Part shown: in pieces, positions 24,001-35,104 of the stretch
How the letters are laid out: the number at the start of each line of letters is the position of its first letter
How positions within the stretch are numbered: position 1 is the stretch's first letter
NCBI GenBank assembly: GCA_051294905.1
Contig: CM119371.1
Span: 36,458,001 to 36,522,000 of the forward strand
Length of the DNA: 64,000 nt
Direction of reading: 5' to 3'
DNA from: Botryllus schlosseri
Taxonomy: Eukaryota
Notes under the pieces: generated by a model
Seen by the model: only the letters and a program-made list of their open reading frames with translations
What the model was told of the DNA's origin: nothing
Databases searched by the model: none
Position numbers and translations under genes: made by a program

Positions 24001-24635
24001 GTGTTATTACTAAGTCAAGTCGAGTCATTTTCAATTCACCACCGAGTCAAGTCCAAGTCGGTGGGTAGAGGGTCGAGTCTAAGTCGTTTTGTTCATTGTT
24101 CAGTTTTTAGTTTCATCCGGTTCAGTTGAACCCACTTTTTTCAACTCTGCTCGAGTGATATAGAATGGCTCGAATTCATAATGTCGTAATTTTCCTCATT
24201 CTCAACAGTTTCTATCTCTATTTTCCAAGTATCAGGACTGATGGACGAAATACCAATCACGTGGTGACTTTACCATTCTTGGAAGTTACAATGAAGTGAC
24301 TGTCTTGGCCGTCCTAGTCTCGAGTCATGCACAATAACTCGTATACAAGTCTAGTCAATACACAAATAGATTCGACTCGAGTCATTTTACGCATAAATGA
24401 CCCGAGACATCAAAAAATTTTGACTCGAGTCGAGTCATTACAACCCTGGGTGGAATACTTACTTTTTTACTTGAAAATCGCTACTTCCACTGGTCGTAAG
24501 ATTATATTCCATTGGCTATTTCGGCTGTCTAAGCACTTTGGTATCCTTATTTTTTTATCATAATTCTCGTCCAGACGCAAACAATTTTCATCCGATTCCA
24601 GAGCGAGGAAAAGTAGCGACGAGGACTTCTGGTGA
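3087..24635 (+). CDS. OFD1: OFD1-like centriole/centriolar satellite protein (LisH + coiled coils), 19 exons, about 1146 aa
   Basis: Exons 3087-3185, 3676-3787, 4428-4546, 5118-5367, 6445-6662, 8423-8527, 9212-9322, 10332-10488, 11586-11692, 12214-12314, 13458-13530, 15467-15614, 16552-16716, 18712-18835, 19192-19286, 19578-20794, 22221-22296, 23459-23561, 24575-24635. All are GT-AG and phase-consistent (3441 nt). OFD1-like motifs: SAEELKSKMYQSLQSAGVLNDLRGYLRQSVINEL, LisH IDNLVYQHLKQSRYMYSLSVFQQESG, SLAEKLQAIDEE, EALIARERNAIDRL, HQRQTLLQELE, FRNLEKETEQLDQMY, and an acidic C-terminus ending SSDEDFW*. Confidence 0.9.
4005..4193 (+). repeat. Degenerate solo pLTR (others at about 2148-2190 -, 5543-5652 +, 16797-16945 -, 19366-19493 +, 23731-23905 +)
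   Basis: Shares CCAATTCTCTACTAGTTGCTGAC...TCAATATGAATATACTAT...GTATATTGAAGTTCTGTACC with the 14.3-kb element. Confidence 0.7.
7879..8346. mobile_element. hAT-type MITE of the GACTCGAGTC family
   Basis: TIR CAGGGTTGTA/TACAACCCTG, perfect 8-bp TSD CCGAAACC, and subterminal arrays of GACTCGAGTC/GACTT. Confidence 0.85.
8672..9050. repeat. Divergent pair of degenerate pLTR copies
   Basis: Minus copy about 8672-8812 (hammerhead core CTGA mutated to CAGA) and a decayed plus copy about 8945-9050. Confidence 0.7.
10608..11484. mobile_element. Tc1/mariner-superfamily (Tc2-like) MITE
   Basis: TA-CTGTAATTTTC ... GAAAATTACGG-TA, repeated GTGCGTATTATACATGGG, and an internal about 65-bp repeat (about 11139 and 11257). 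Confidence 0.7.
11719..12105. repeat. Convergent pair of pLTR copies in OFD1 intron 9
   Basis: Plus copy about 11719-11836 (GAAA mutated to AAAA) and minus copy about 11937-12105 (cleavage site altered). Confidence 0.75.
12410..13100 (-). mobile_element. Decayed Buster/Charlie-type hAT transposase relic
   Basis: CAGTGTTTCTCAACC end. Minus-strand fragments NPFSPVINITAVPE*LQDELLD and YPKVSSEALGVIITFAVIYFC resemble the hAT C-terminal dimerisation region. The far boundary is uncertain. Confidence 0.6.
14347..14380 (-). ncRNA. Minimal type I hammerhead ribozyme (inverted pLTR copy)
   Basis: Exact reverse complement of 14868-14901. Confidence 0.8.
14868..14901 (+). ncRNA. Minimal type I hammerhead ribozyme in the pLTR
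   Basis: ACCC-CTGACGA-G-TGTCAGC-C-GAAA-ATATTC-GGGT: stem I ACCC/GGGT, CUGANGA and GAAA cores, 1-bp stem II, palindromic AATATT stem III, UUC cleavage triplet. Confidence 0.8.
15842..16334. mobile_element. MITE with about 110-bp TIRs
   Basis: TAGGGGTCTTCAAAA...TTTTGAAGACCCCTA with perfect 8-bp TSD CTGCACAT. Confidence 0.85.
17030..17549. mobile_element. hAT-type MITE, GACTCGAGTC family
   Basis: Same TIRs and a perfect TSD CAGCATTA. Other copies at about 5687-6282, 6995-7515, 7520-7870, 17780-18238, 20834-21600, 24010-24448 and 38085-38700. Confidence 0.85.
18244..18670. mobile_element. hAT-type MITE (partial copies at 1-177 and about 9468-9560)
   Basis: TAGGGCTAGTTTTTG/AAAAACTTGCCCTA with TSD ATTAAAAC/ATTATAAC. 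Window bases 1-177 are the reverse complement of its left part. Confidence 0.75.
21064..21534. mobile_element. GACTCGAGTC MITE nested in an oppositely oriented copy of the same family
   Basis: TSD AAAGTTAG/AAAATTAG. The host copy starts at 20834 and resumes after 21534. Confidence 0.75.
23818..23851 (+). ncRNA. Minimal type I hammerhead ribozyme, last OFD1 intron (sense)
   Basis: ACCC CTGACGA GTGTCAGCC GAAA ATATTC GGGT; core intact, inside a solo pLTR at about 23731-23905. Confidence 0.75.
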
Positions 24636-25313
24636 CAATTTGCGTTCGTACCATCGTACAACAAGAAATCTCGAGTGACAGAATGTACGCAGTAATAATA
24701 AATCAAACCTGTCGCTTAAATCACGACTTTTCAGACTCCACACGACACCATTACGGCCGATTCGTACGTACTCGTGGTGCATATATAGGTAGACTCGCCA
24801 CGCTGATTCCTGCTATCATGTGATTCTGGATTTTGAAGTTGTCTGGATGCCGCCGTTTGTTTCGAAATGCAGTTGTTCAATTTTAGAGCATAAATACAGA
24901 TTACTATTTTTGAAGGCCTTGTGTGTTTTGTGTAACGTTTGAGGAAGCAGATCGCGTGGATTAGCGTTTAAGACAGGGGCGCGCAACTTCTCCAGTCGGC
25001 GGGCCTGATACGGGAAAATGAAGTGCTTGGCGGAGCGGGTTCCTGTTCTATATTCGTTAAAAGCGCGTGAAAATGTTAGAACTTGTGACTAAGTTTGTCA
25101 ATAATATTTGTAATTGAATATATATATAGGCCCATGTCAATATGTGATTCTCTTTTAGCATCCGTGATCAGATTTAGCGGTGCATCTAAGGGAGGTGGTG
25201 CCTTCGGAAGTTTAGGGCACTTTCATAACATAATTAGTTATACCGGGGGAGGGGCTTGTTATTAACTACTCTGTTGAATGTTGTTATTTCGTGACCTCCC
25301 GGCTGCTATAAGG

Positions 25314-25679
25314 TAGGGTTACCATACGTCCTCCTTTTTTGGGTTTTTGAAAACGTTCTCCGAGGACGCCTAGATGCCCTCCTTTTTGAGATTTTGTCCT
25401 CTTTTTTACGAAATTTTGTTAAATGTAGGGCAAATTCGACTGAGGTACAGTAAATCAGCACTGAACTAACGCTCCGGTGGCTATTTCGGAAGCTGAGCAG
25501 GAAAGTTTACCTTTTTTAATTGTATTTTGGACACTGAGCGAGAGAGTTGACCTTTTTTTAGTCAACCGACCATGAAGCGGGAAAAATTATCCATTTTTTC
25601 AAGATTTTCCTCCGGGATTCTAAGTTTGAACATTTTAAAAAGGGTACTCCTTTCCCGATTCCAAAATATAGTAACCCTA
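25314..25679. mobile_element. hAT-type MITE
   Basis: TAGGGTTACCATA/ATAGTAACCCTA ends with an imperfect 8-bp TSD. Confidence 0.65.
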
Positions 25680-26036
25680 TTATATGGTCAGAAGAAATTG
25701 GAATCACCCAAACGTACGAGGTTAAACAAAACGTTTCGTGAGACGAACACGGTTCCATGTTGACATTTCTTCACATAGGGTGCATCATTTTCTCAGATTC
25801 CAAAGATAACACTATATTGACTGGTTGTAAATCAAGCACGCTTCTCACTAATTTAAGCGTGCTATTTTGATGATGCCGATTCTCGCCGCTAATCATCTGT
25901 CCAAAATAATATTATCGAAATCTTAATAAAATCGCATACGACTAATCAAATAGGCCTAATACGTATCTTATATTACACAGTGAATGGAGCTGCTTTGTTG
26001 TCATGCATACCCGACACGCGTGTCTAAATTATTAGA

Positions 26037-27080
26037 TTACAGGAATCGGTATTCTTCAATCAATCTTTCGTATTTGGCCTTTGCTTCCTCGTACACTATA
26101 TAATCTTCGTACAGAACGACTTGCCGTAATTTCCGAACCGATTCTTCGTTTAGGACGTCCTTGGTAATCGTTTTCGTTCTATTCATCAAAGTCGCTTTGA
26201 TGCCACCCCATGTTTCCAAAGCATCTCCGAAGAAATCCGGAATGACGGCTTCCAACAGCTTCACAGTGTTTTCGAATTCTTCAGTCATTCCAATCACTAA
26301 ATAGTCGTCTCTAATGTGCTTCCTCGCTAATTCCACCCCCTCCATTGAAGACATATCTTTGCAAATTGGATCGAATCCGCAAAAATACTTTGTATAGTAA
26401 TGTGTCAGCCTTGGAGTATGACAAAACGCCTCATTGTCCATCACGCATTTGTTTATGTCACTTATATTTTTGAGCTGTGCTCTTCTGCTTGCGTCGCCAT
26501 ATTTCAAGTAATTAAACTCTGATTGAAATCGGCTGATTGGCTCGCGTATCATGTTGATATAGATCGGTGGTTGAATTCCTTGCTTTTGAAAATCTAAATA
26601 ATGGATGTGGCGATCGTAAAACGTTGGAGGTTTTAATCCAGCTATATATTGCATTTCCTCAAGCGCCAGTTTGTCACGTGGATGCTCATCTCCATAGTTT
26701 AATGACGATTCAGTGTTGATTCCTTTTAACCGAGCCACGTTGCGGGACAGCGTGAGCAATGACCTGCTCCCGCACTTACCCAGTCTGTTGTAAAACACAT
26801 TTCGCGATGTCGCATTCGGCAGACTCGTGGCCCGTGTCAAATCTTTCGAAACAGAGCTGCTTCTGGAAATGGCTGCACTCAATATAGACTTTACGGTAAA
26901 AAATCCTTGTCGGTTCGATGCAACCGCTCTAATGTCGCCTTCCACAATTGTGTAACTTCTTATTGAAGTTTCTTCGTTTATGTATCCGACGGCATATAGA
27001 TAAAATATCTGAGCCGCCGCCAGGAGGAATGCAATGACAACGGCTATCATAAAAACGTTTTTAATTCTCCGCCTTGCCAT
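26037..27080 (-). CDS. UST: Uronyl 2-O-sulfotransferase-like (Sulfotransfer_2 / HS2ST-UST family), copy 1, 347 aa, intronless CDS
   Basis: N-terminal type II TM anchor, 5'PSB VFYNRLGKCGSRS, RHIHYLDF, 3'PB YINMIREPISRFQS, YFCG and YLVIGMTEEF motifs. Confidence 0.9.
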   Translation of the reverse strand: MARRRIKNVFMIAVVIAFLLAAAQIFYLYAVGYINEETSIRSYTIVEGDIRAVASNRQGFFTVKSILSAAISRSSSVSKDLTRATSLPNATSRNVFYNRLGKCGSRSLLTLSRNVARLKGINTESSLNYGDEHPRDKLALEEMQYIAGLKPPTFYDRHIHYLDFQKQGIQPPIYINMIREPISRFQSEFNYLKYGDASRRAQLKNISDINKCVMDNEAFCHTPRLTHYYTKYFCGFDPICKDMSSMEGVELARKHIRDDYLVIGMTEEFENTVKLLEAVIPDFFGDALETWGGIKATLMNRTKTITKDVLNEESVRKLRQVVLYEDYIVYEEAKAKYERLIEEYRFL

Positions 27081-29163
27081 TTATTTAACGATTATCTGAA
27101 TCCAGATATATGGCAAATGATAAAAGTTAGTAATGATCAAGCGAAGAAGATGGTGGAAACCTTCGACGTAAAACATTGCATAGTTTTGGGGTTTTGCGAA
27201 GTATAGTCGGGTGTTCAACATTGTACATGTACATTGTACGTTGGACAATATATGCATGACCGTAACTGCCGCACCCCAAACCCCCAATGGACGGGGGGGG
27301 AGCTCGAAGGAGGCCCAAAATTATTTCGTAAATTATCGTGATTTATAGAGTTTCTTTTTGGAAATTCATGCCACTTTTAAAAAATGTTTTCGCACTGCGT
27401 GCGACTTCATGTTGTCAAATATACCATTTATACAGTTTTAGCATATGTAACACATACAACTCCAAGAAGTCTGCCAGAACGCTCGGAAGCGAGAAAACTT
27501 GGGCCGAAAAGGACTGTCCTTGTGCTGACCGACGACTTCGGTCTATATGTTTAATTATCCATACGCGCCTGAATAGCTGGCGCCGAATGATCCTGTCCCG
27601 CCAATCTGAACCCCACAAGACGAATTCCTACCCGCAAGGAAAATTTAGTTGCCAGTGAAGAAACAACAATTTGAACCCGTGTGCGTCTTTTAGTTTAGTA
27701 CGTTTGGGTGATTTCAATATGTTTTGACATAGCAGACAGAAGGTCACGAAACAACATCATGCAATGAAGTTATTATACCGCCCGATTATGTTTATTTATT
27801 ATTGAAGGACCCTACAGTTTCCAAGACACCTCATTCAGCTCTGCCGGGAAATCTGATTACGTGAGCAGGGAGGATAAAAATTGATCGCAACATATACAAT
27901 TCCCGATCATATTGACCGATTCAATCATGAATTGTTGAAAATTTTCGCGCTTTGCGCGCTTAGGCGAAGTGATGCGTCTCACTAAATAGTACAATAAATG
28001 TCATAGATAAGTCGCGTCAAACACGACTAACCATATGGGGGGTCTGGAGGCGAAGACCGCCAGAAGTTTGGTTTATCCCCCTATGGTGGGCCCATCAATA
28101 CCAACGGTTTGCGGAGGCCCGGCGAAGTGATGTTACAGTCTTGTGTACATGTTGCCCGCGATGTCATATTTGTTGGCCCACCATCTGATTTGAGATTTCT
28201 GAAGAACGTTTGGTAAAGCATTCTGAAATGCGCTAATTGATTTTGGTTCGAAATTCGCGTAGTTGTTCAAAATAAGCTATTCCCTTGTACCCAGTAGCAT
28301 CACTATTCCCCCACTAGCTGCTGCGTGATCGGCGATTGTATAATAGCATTCCCTGGATGAATGAATTAGCTTAGTGGTTAACTTTTTTTCCTGCGGCGCC
28401 CTCTTTCAAAAATTGCCTAGGTAGGGCGCCCCTGCCATATTTTAAGGACTGTAGCACAAATAATGGGTAAGAGGTCGAAGTCGACATGTCTTTACGGGTT
28501 GGGACTTAACTATTGGAAATATTTCTCGCTTGAATTACGCCCGAGGAACACTCGACTAATTGACGATAATAGTTATATGTGCTAAATTCGGAATCAAATC
28601 AAGGTTGTTATAATAACAACCTGGGTGTACGGGCTCATACCATCTGATTCGATCCCGATGTAGCCTACGCATCCTGAATTCATCTCTGCGATTTGCAATA
28701 CGGGTATAGTTAGTTGTATTGGGTTTTATTTTATTGCTTTGTGTGATTATTAAATGAACTGAGAATGGCAGAGATCTTTGCTCACATTGAATTTTGTACT
28801 GCACCTGGTTATAACTTTAACATTAATGTGTTCCAAACAAAGTAACCCATAACGTTCATATGGGTGGTTATGGATCAGAACACTAAACAGTACCATCCTT
28901 TATGATACGATGAAGAAATATTCTGACGATTTTGTAGCTCTCAAATACAAGTAGGCCTTATATTTCGTTTCGGTGAAAAGCCTCAAATCGTCTTTGGTAA
29001 ATAAAGGGCGCTTACTCTCAAAAGTCGTACGTTGCCTCTTTCTTCGATTTCGTCACGCTGTGTGCTGCAGGATAAAATACCTGACTCAAAAATTTTTGTT
29101 GAAAATAACCCGAGCTATAGCAGGACGGGAGTGTTTTAACGTGGAATTGGCGATTTAAATGTA

Positions 29164-30117
29164 GGGGAGATGTGGTACCGATGGATCAAAAATTGCAAAA
29201 TGATCCCTGGCCCTCAAATCTTCTGCCGAGAATAGCAGATCTTTTGCTGTCTCAACACTTCGATACAAGCTCTACCTTTCGTGGACATTTACATGAATAT
29301 CCGCCTTTTCAAAAAATATTTATAAACGTTTAAAATTTGTTGCTCGAACGTGTCATCGGCTCCCACCCGGTGGGTCCAAAGGCACACGACCATGGGACCT
29401 ATGAGACATACGCTCAAAAACTCAAATTTGTTCACTTTTTTTGTTGTGTACTTTAAGCTAAGCTACAGCAAGTCAATGAAGAATGTTTCGTCGCGACCTT
29501 CAAAAATAAATTAGATTATATCAACTTAAATGTTGGCATAAAATCTTGTTTTGATTTATGCTAAAATTTACAAAATTAATGCCACATACATATTACCCGC
29601 AAATCGAGATTTTGACTTTCAAATACCTCGTAATAGCGATAAAATACCACAGGTAACTATGATTTACAGCCTATATATGTGTAGGCGAGTTTCTGTGATT
29701 AGTTGGTCCATCTAATTTGCTTGATTTGGCCATGGTACCATAGGTCCCCCACCCCATAAATATTGTAATTGACTTGAATATAGTCTACTCGAGGATGGTA
29801 TTGATTAAAAAAATATGTGCCACTATATAGCCTGATACAAGCCCTATACTTCACATCAAAAATTATGGCGGGTTTGTTAGTCTGCAAGGTGATATAGAAA
29901 AATGCAAATGTCGATCCAAATTTACTTTACAGCCCCTAAAACGTAAATCATTCGTCACATACCCCATAACTCACGCAGGTCGAATTTTTTTGCATGTGAG
30001 GAAAGATTCTGCCAGCATGCAATTGTAGACAAATTCACGGAGTGTAATCATGGAATTATCATGGAGAATTTTTCAAGTATTTTCGGTCCCAGTGATCCAT
30101 CGGTACCACATCTTCCC
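29164..30117. mobile_element. pogo/Tc1-mariner-type MITE
   Basis: TA-GGGGAGATGTGGTACCGATGGATCA ... TGATCCATCGGTACCACATCTTCCC-TA. Confidence 0.8.
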
Positions 30118-32288
30118 TACCCCCAGTTAATTTTTCATGGTTTATAATAAACCACAGCATTCTTGGAAACATTTATTAGTTATTGGCGTTATTACTTTAT
30201 CATAGAAACAATGATTGATACGAAAACACAGTATAATGTGATAGATGCAACCGCTTGATCTGCATAAGCTCAATTTCTATCCGAAGTTTAATATTAGCCT
30301 ACTCATACTCGCTGCATATCGCGGGCACCCTGTCCAGGCTCAATTAGACAATCCCGGGTCCTGTACTATGTGGCCATCAACCTTCAAGACCGAGAAGCCT
30401 TGCTTACACTCCTATGTCGAGTCAGGAATATCGATTATTCTTTTCTGCATGGTTCGTATTAAGGTGCTGTATGAACGGGGTGGATTTTATGGGTCTTCAT
30501 ACAAACCAAACGCGGTGACTACCGTAATCCTCCGCATTCGATTGCGATGCATCGATACTTTATGTGTTCAGGACTTTACTTCTGTTTTGACATAGTTAAC
30601 ATTTATCCTACGCACCGTAACGATGTATCAGTCTGTTAAAAGCTGTCGCGCACTACTGTTTGAGAACCAGTAGTCTAGCAGATGGGCAATGGGTATGTTG
30701 GCTCATTTCATTACAGTGTAAGTAGCCTTTGATTGTTGCAATATAGATTACAATTCTTGCGGTTGGTGAATGTAGGAAAGTATCTTTCGTTGTACTACAA
30801 CAAATTTTAATTATTTCTATCATAATACGTAATGTAACTACTGGAATTCATCATAGGGCCAGATTTCATTAAAATAAAGTTTATTCATGTGAAAACTGGT
30901 CAGGTTTTGAGCCAAAATAGTTTTTTCGGGCCAAACTACTTCGTAAGGACAGACAGTTCCATCCAGAAATGAAGATAAGTTGTACAATTCTAACATTATG
31001 TGGGAAAACACCTAATTTACATACGTTAGGTCAAAATGTGGTCAAAATTAAATTTTTTAAGGTCAAAAAAAGTCAAAATTTTGATATTTTTTTAGGTCAA
31101 CATTTTCCGTTTTTAAGTCAAAATCTGATCACACTCACTTCAAAACCCACCCCCTTAATTATAATCAGCAGTACTATTATTTTTGTCCACTCAAGAAACA
31201 CAGTGTAAAATGTGATGCACAAGACCCACATTACGATGTAATGAACGATTAGGCTATATATAGGAGGATGTCGAAACGAGCAAGTAGCCTACTACTGTCT
31301 ACCAATGTTACATCCACATCGGTCTAATGTCGGATGTTATGGTGATTTATTCTGATTTTTTGAATGTTTATTCGTTTCATTCGCTTCCTTGTATTCGTCC
31401 TCCACTGGTTCTTTTTCTAGACTACGCTTTAAAGACGCCATAAGAACAGTGATATCAAACTCATTGTGGTCTGGGAAACAAGCGTATGTTGTGATAGGTA
31501 TATGTGACGACGGCACGTGCGACCGAGCAAATATGCATCATATTCGAAGGAAGTAGCATATGCTTCAGGAGATTATCCGTCGTAGGATCGTTAGATTACA
31601 TTTTTATCTGACCAAGACACACAAAGCGATAAGACGCAGTGCTATGTAATAACAGATAGGAGGATGCCGAACGACCATTTGCGGTTGCAGCTGCGTTCAC
31701 TTAAACTGGCATCCACGTGGATGTCGCAGTTCTTTCTTCGATGTTTGTTTCTATTCCGCGGCTCTTTGTTGCTCTTTCCATTACTTGTAAAGTGCGCTCT
31801 TTCATCTAGCCGCCCGGGCGACAGGTGCTTATCGTCACCACTACGCTATCTCTTGATTTGAATGAGATTTAGAAATTGATGTTGGTTGTGGTATCGGTAA
31901 CTGCAGAAATTGAAGCCTATTCTGGGTATACACGACCACGTTGCACTGTCAGCTGTCTACGTTTCGGTTGTAAGTCAGGCACGCGTCTTCTTGGATGAAG
32001 TACGGTTTTTTGATGATACAAATTCCCAGCGATAAAACAACTGACCAAATTATTAATACCAGATTCCTAATACAATCAAAGACGTCAATTAAATACACAT
32101 CAAAGCCAAATATAACCCTAACTACAATAATACGAACCCAACTAATGCAAGTCTAACATCACTCCTTTCAGCGCAGCGCGCTGTTCCTAATGAATCAATC
32201 AGTTGTCTGTATGCCGACGCTTATTTCGAAATGCATTTGTTTCATTTTAGAGCATAAATACATGTAAGTATGTTTGAAGGCTTTTGTG

Positions 32289-33340
32289 CAGACCTGGACA
32301 AAGTGCGGCCCGCGACGCGATTCTGACTGGCCCACGAAAGGTAGCTTGGAATTTAGAACCTAGTTTTGAATACTAACGTGTGGACTAAAACACCATAGGT
32401 TGTATAAACTGAACCGGAGATGCGTTTACTTTGAAGCCAGCTTGGTAATCTGTTTACACTGTACAATGATTACATCGCCTACGTAGATCGTATATGCTTA
32501 ATCTGGATTCAAATTAAAGCAAACATACCAGAATATACCCTGACAATTAAGTCAAAAGTGGCGGTTTCCAGATAGTTCAATACGTGTTTGTTGCTATTGT
32601 TACACTGCGAAATACTCGTTCTGTGCTTTAAACTGTTACGTCATACGTTTCCAGTCCATAATCCGTAAAACAAGTCAATCAGTTCAGGTGAGACGAGAGT
32701 AGAGGTCCGTAAAAATGATGAGCATGCATTTTAAGAAATAAAGGCGGAGGCTAAAGGCAGGCACTTCAGGAAGAGTTGGACCACTCAATATTTGCTTACT
32801 AAAGTATAAGGGACCCCCATCATTTTAGTTTATGGTGAACAGGCCGGCGTGTTTGGAGATATATTTTGGCATTGCGAGAATAAACGCAAGGAAATATAGA
32901 CACACGTCGGCCGAGGCCGAGGGAGCGCGGATTTCAGAGCATCCGCCAGCGAAACTCTCAAAACAATAATACTACATACCAAGCTACACACAGTCGAGAT
33001 GCAGACCAACTTTGTAATATCCCAAATACATTTTGACGTCTCAATAGAAAAAAGGGTCTTGGGGGAGGGGGGCTTAAATGATATAACATTTTAAATGATT
33101 GTTTGATGTTTCGCATTGCTTTGAATACTGACACTGAATGAATAAATAATATTTTTATAAATTAACTCTCACTTTCTGATAACCTAATTTTAACACATCC
33201 AGTAGCTTGTGTTAACAATATAATTTACTGTTGTCTATTTAGAAATGAAATACGCCACGAAATATACTTCAAACCTTTGGCTCGGCCCGCCAACCTATTC
33301 TTTGCTTCTCATTTGGCCCACCCCAGCTTTTGTGTGACTT
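32289..33340 (+). mobile_element. Decayed SPIN/GTF2IRD2-type hAT relic (similar relic at about 36240-36400)
   Basis: CAGACCTGGACAAAGTGCGGCCCGC end. Translation GRHFRKSWTTQYLLTKV*GTPIILVYGEQAGV resembles the BED-finger N-terminus of this group. Confidence 0.5.
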
Positions 33341-33852
33341 TGGATGAAGTAGATTGCGTAGAGTAGCGCTCCAAACGCAGCTCAACAATAGAACATGACA
33401 TATTTTCGACAGATACTTCATTGAGGAATGGAGAATCGTGTGCCTGCGTGATTCAGTCCTGAATCGAGGATTAGACTTCGAACCGAGCATTACTGATCAT
33501 ATCGTCATACCAGAATGAATGATGTAATACAACTATCTAGGCCAATCGTTTAAGCAACCACAAATATTATAATGCCAGATCACATTGATGATAAATTTGT
33601 ATTTATAGTTATATACAAATTTATATTTTATTTTTATATAACTATTTCATTGCATTTTGCAACAATGCTATGGGCTGATAACAGCTTTACAGATAGGTCA
33701 TCTTTTCGTGCGTAGTACGGAAATCTCAATATAATCGCATACGACGAATCAAATACGGATCTCATATTAAAGAGGCGCTTCTACACGAAAACGAAGCAGC
33801 AGCTCCACCTATCGTTTAAATGGTGCATACCCGACACGAGTGTAGAGCTAGA

Positions 33853-34899
33853 TTAAAGTATTCGGTATTCTTCAATCAATCTTTCGTATTTGGCCTTTGC
33901 TTCCTCGTACACTATATAATCTTCGTACAGAACGACTTGCCGTAATTTCCGAACCGATTCTTCATTTAGGACGTCCTTGGTAATCGTTTTCGTTCTATTC
34001 ATCAACGTCGCTTTGATGACACCCCATGTTTCGAGAGCTCCTCCGAAAAACTCCGGAATGGCGGCTTCCAACAATCTCACAGTGTTGTCGAATTCTTCAG
34101 TAATTCCAATCACTAAATAGTCGTCTCTAATGTGTTTCCTTGCTAACTCCACCCCCTCCATTGAAGACATATCCTTGCAAATAGGATCGAATCCGCAAAA
34201 ATACTTTGTATAGTAATGTGTCATTATTGGGCTTCTGCAAAATGCTTCATCGTCCATCACGCATTTGTTGATGTCACTTAGATTTCTGGGTTGAGCTCTT
34301 TCCTCTGCGTCTCCATATTTCATGTAGTTAAACTTGGATTGAAATCGGCTGATTGGCTCGCGTATCATGTTGATATAGATCGGTGATTGGAGTCCGTACT
34401 TTCGAAAATCTAAATAATGGATATGGCGATCGTAAAACGTTGGAGGCTTTAATCCAGCTATATATTGCATTTCCTCGAGCGCCAGTTTTTCACGTGGATG
34501 CTCATCTCCGTAGTTTAATGACGATTCAGTATTGATCCCTTTTGACCGCGCCACGTAGCCGGCCAACGTGAGCAATGATCTGCTCCCGCACTTGGCCAGT
34601 CTGTTGTAAAACACGTTTTGCAATGTCGCATGCGGCAGACTCGTGGCCCCGGTCAAATTTTCCGAAACAGATCGGCTTCTAGATATGGCTGCGACCAATG
34701 CAGAGAAGAGAAATTTTATGGTTGAAAATCCATGCCTGTTTGATTCCACCGCTACGACATCGCCAATTTTGGATCTTGTCCTTTGAGTTTTTTGGTTTGC
34801 ATTTGCGCCGACATGCACGTGATAAATCTGAGCCGCGGCAAGAAGAAATGCAATGACAACAGCTATCGCAAAATCACGTTTAATGCTCCGCCTTGGCAT
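33853..34899 (-). CDS. UST: Uronyl 2-O-sulfotransferase-like, copy 2, 348 aa, intronless CDS
   Basis: Same motifs as copy 1 (VFYNRLAKCGSRS, YINMIREPISRFQS). Start placed at ATG 34899 (MPRRSIK) by alignment with copy 1 MARRRIK. Confidence 0.9.
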   Translation of the reverse strand: MPRRSIKRDFAIAVVIAFLLAAAQIYHVHVGANANQKTQRTRSKIGDVVAVESNRHGFSTIKFLFSALVAAISRSRSVSENLTGATSLPHATLQNVFYNRLAKCGSRSLLTLAGYVARSKGINTESSLNYGDEHPREKLALEEMQYIAGLKPPTFYDRHIHYLDFRKYGLQSPIYINMIREPISRFQSKFNYMKYGDAEERAQPRNLSDINKCVMDDEAFCRSPIMTHYYTKYFCGFDPICKDMSSMEGVELARKHIRDDYLVIGITEEFDNTVRLLEAAIPEFFGGALETWGVIKATLMNRTKTITKDVLNEESVRKLRQVVLYEDYIVYEEAKAKYERLIEEYRIL

Positions 34900-35054
34900 T
34901 GAAATAGCTATGAACTCTATCGAAAGATATAGCAAAGGATAAACGATTATTTGGTTCAAGCAAGCAAAGAAATTGGCGGAGACCCGTAACGCCCGTAATG
35001 AAAATTAGAGTGGGAGATATACGTTTTCTGAAATTATAGAAGTGGGGGCACATT

Positions 35055-35102
<48 letters not shown>
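35055..35102. repeat. (CT)n microsatellite upstream of sulfotransferase copy 2
   Basis: About 24 CT units. Confidence 0.95.

Positions 35103-35104
<2 letters not shown>

Noticed and set aside
34900..34959. N-terminal extension of sulfotransferase copy 2
   Set aside because: Non-ATG start upstream of a splice acceptor; paralogues begin at the aligned Met.
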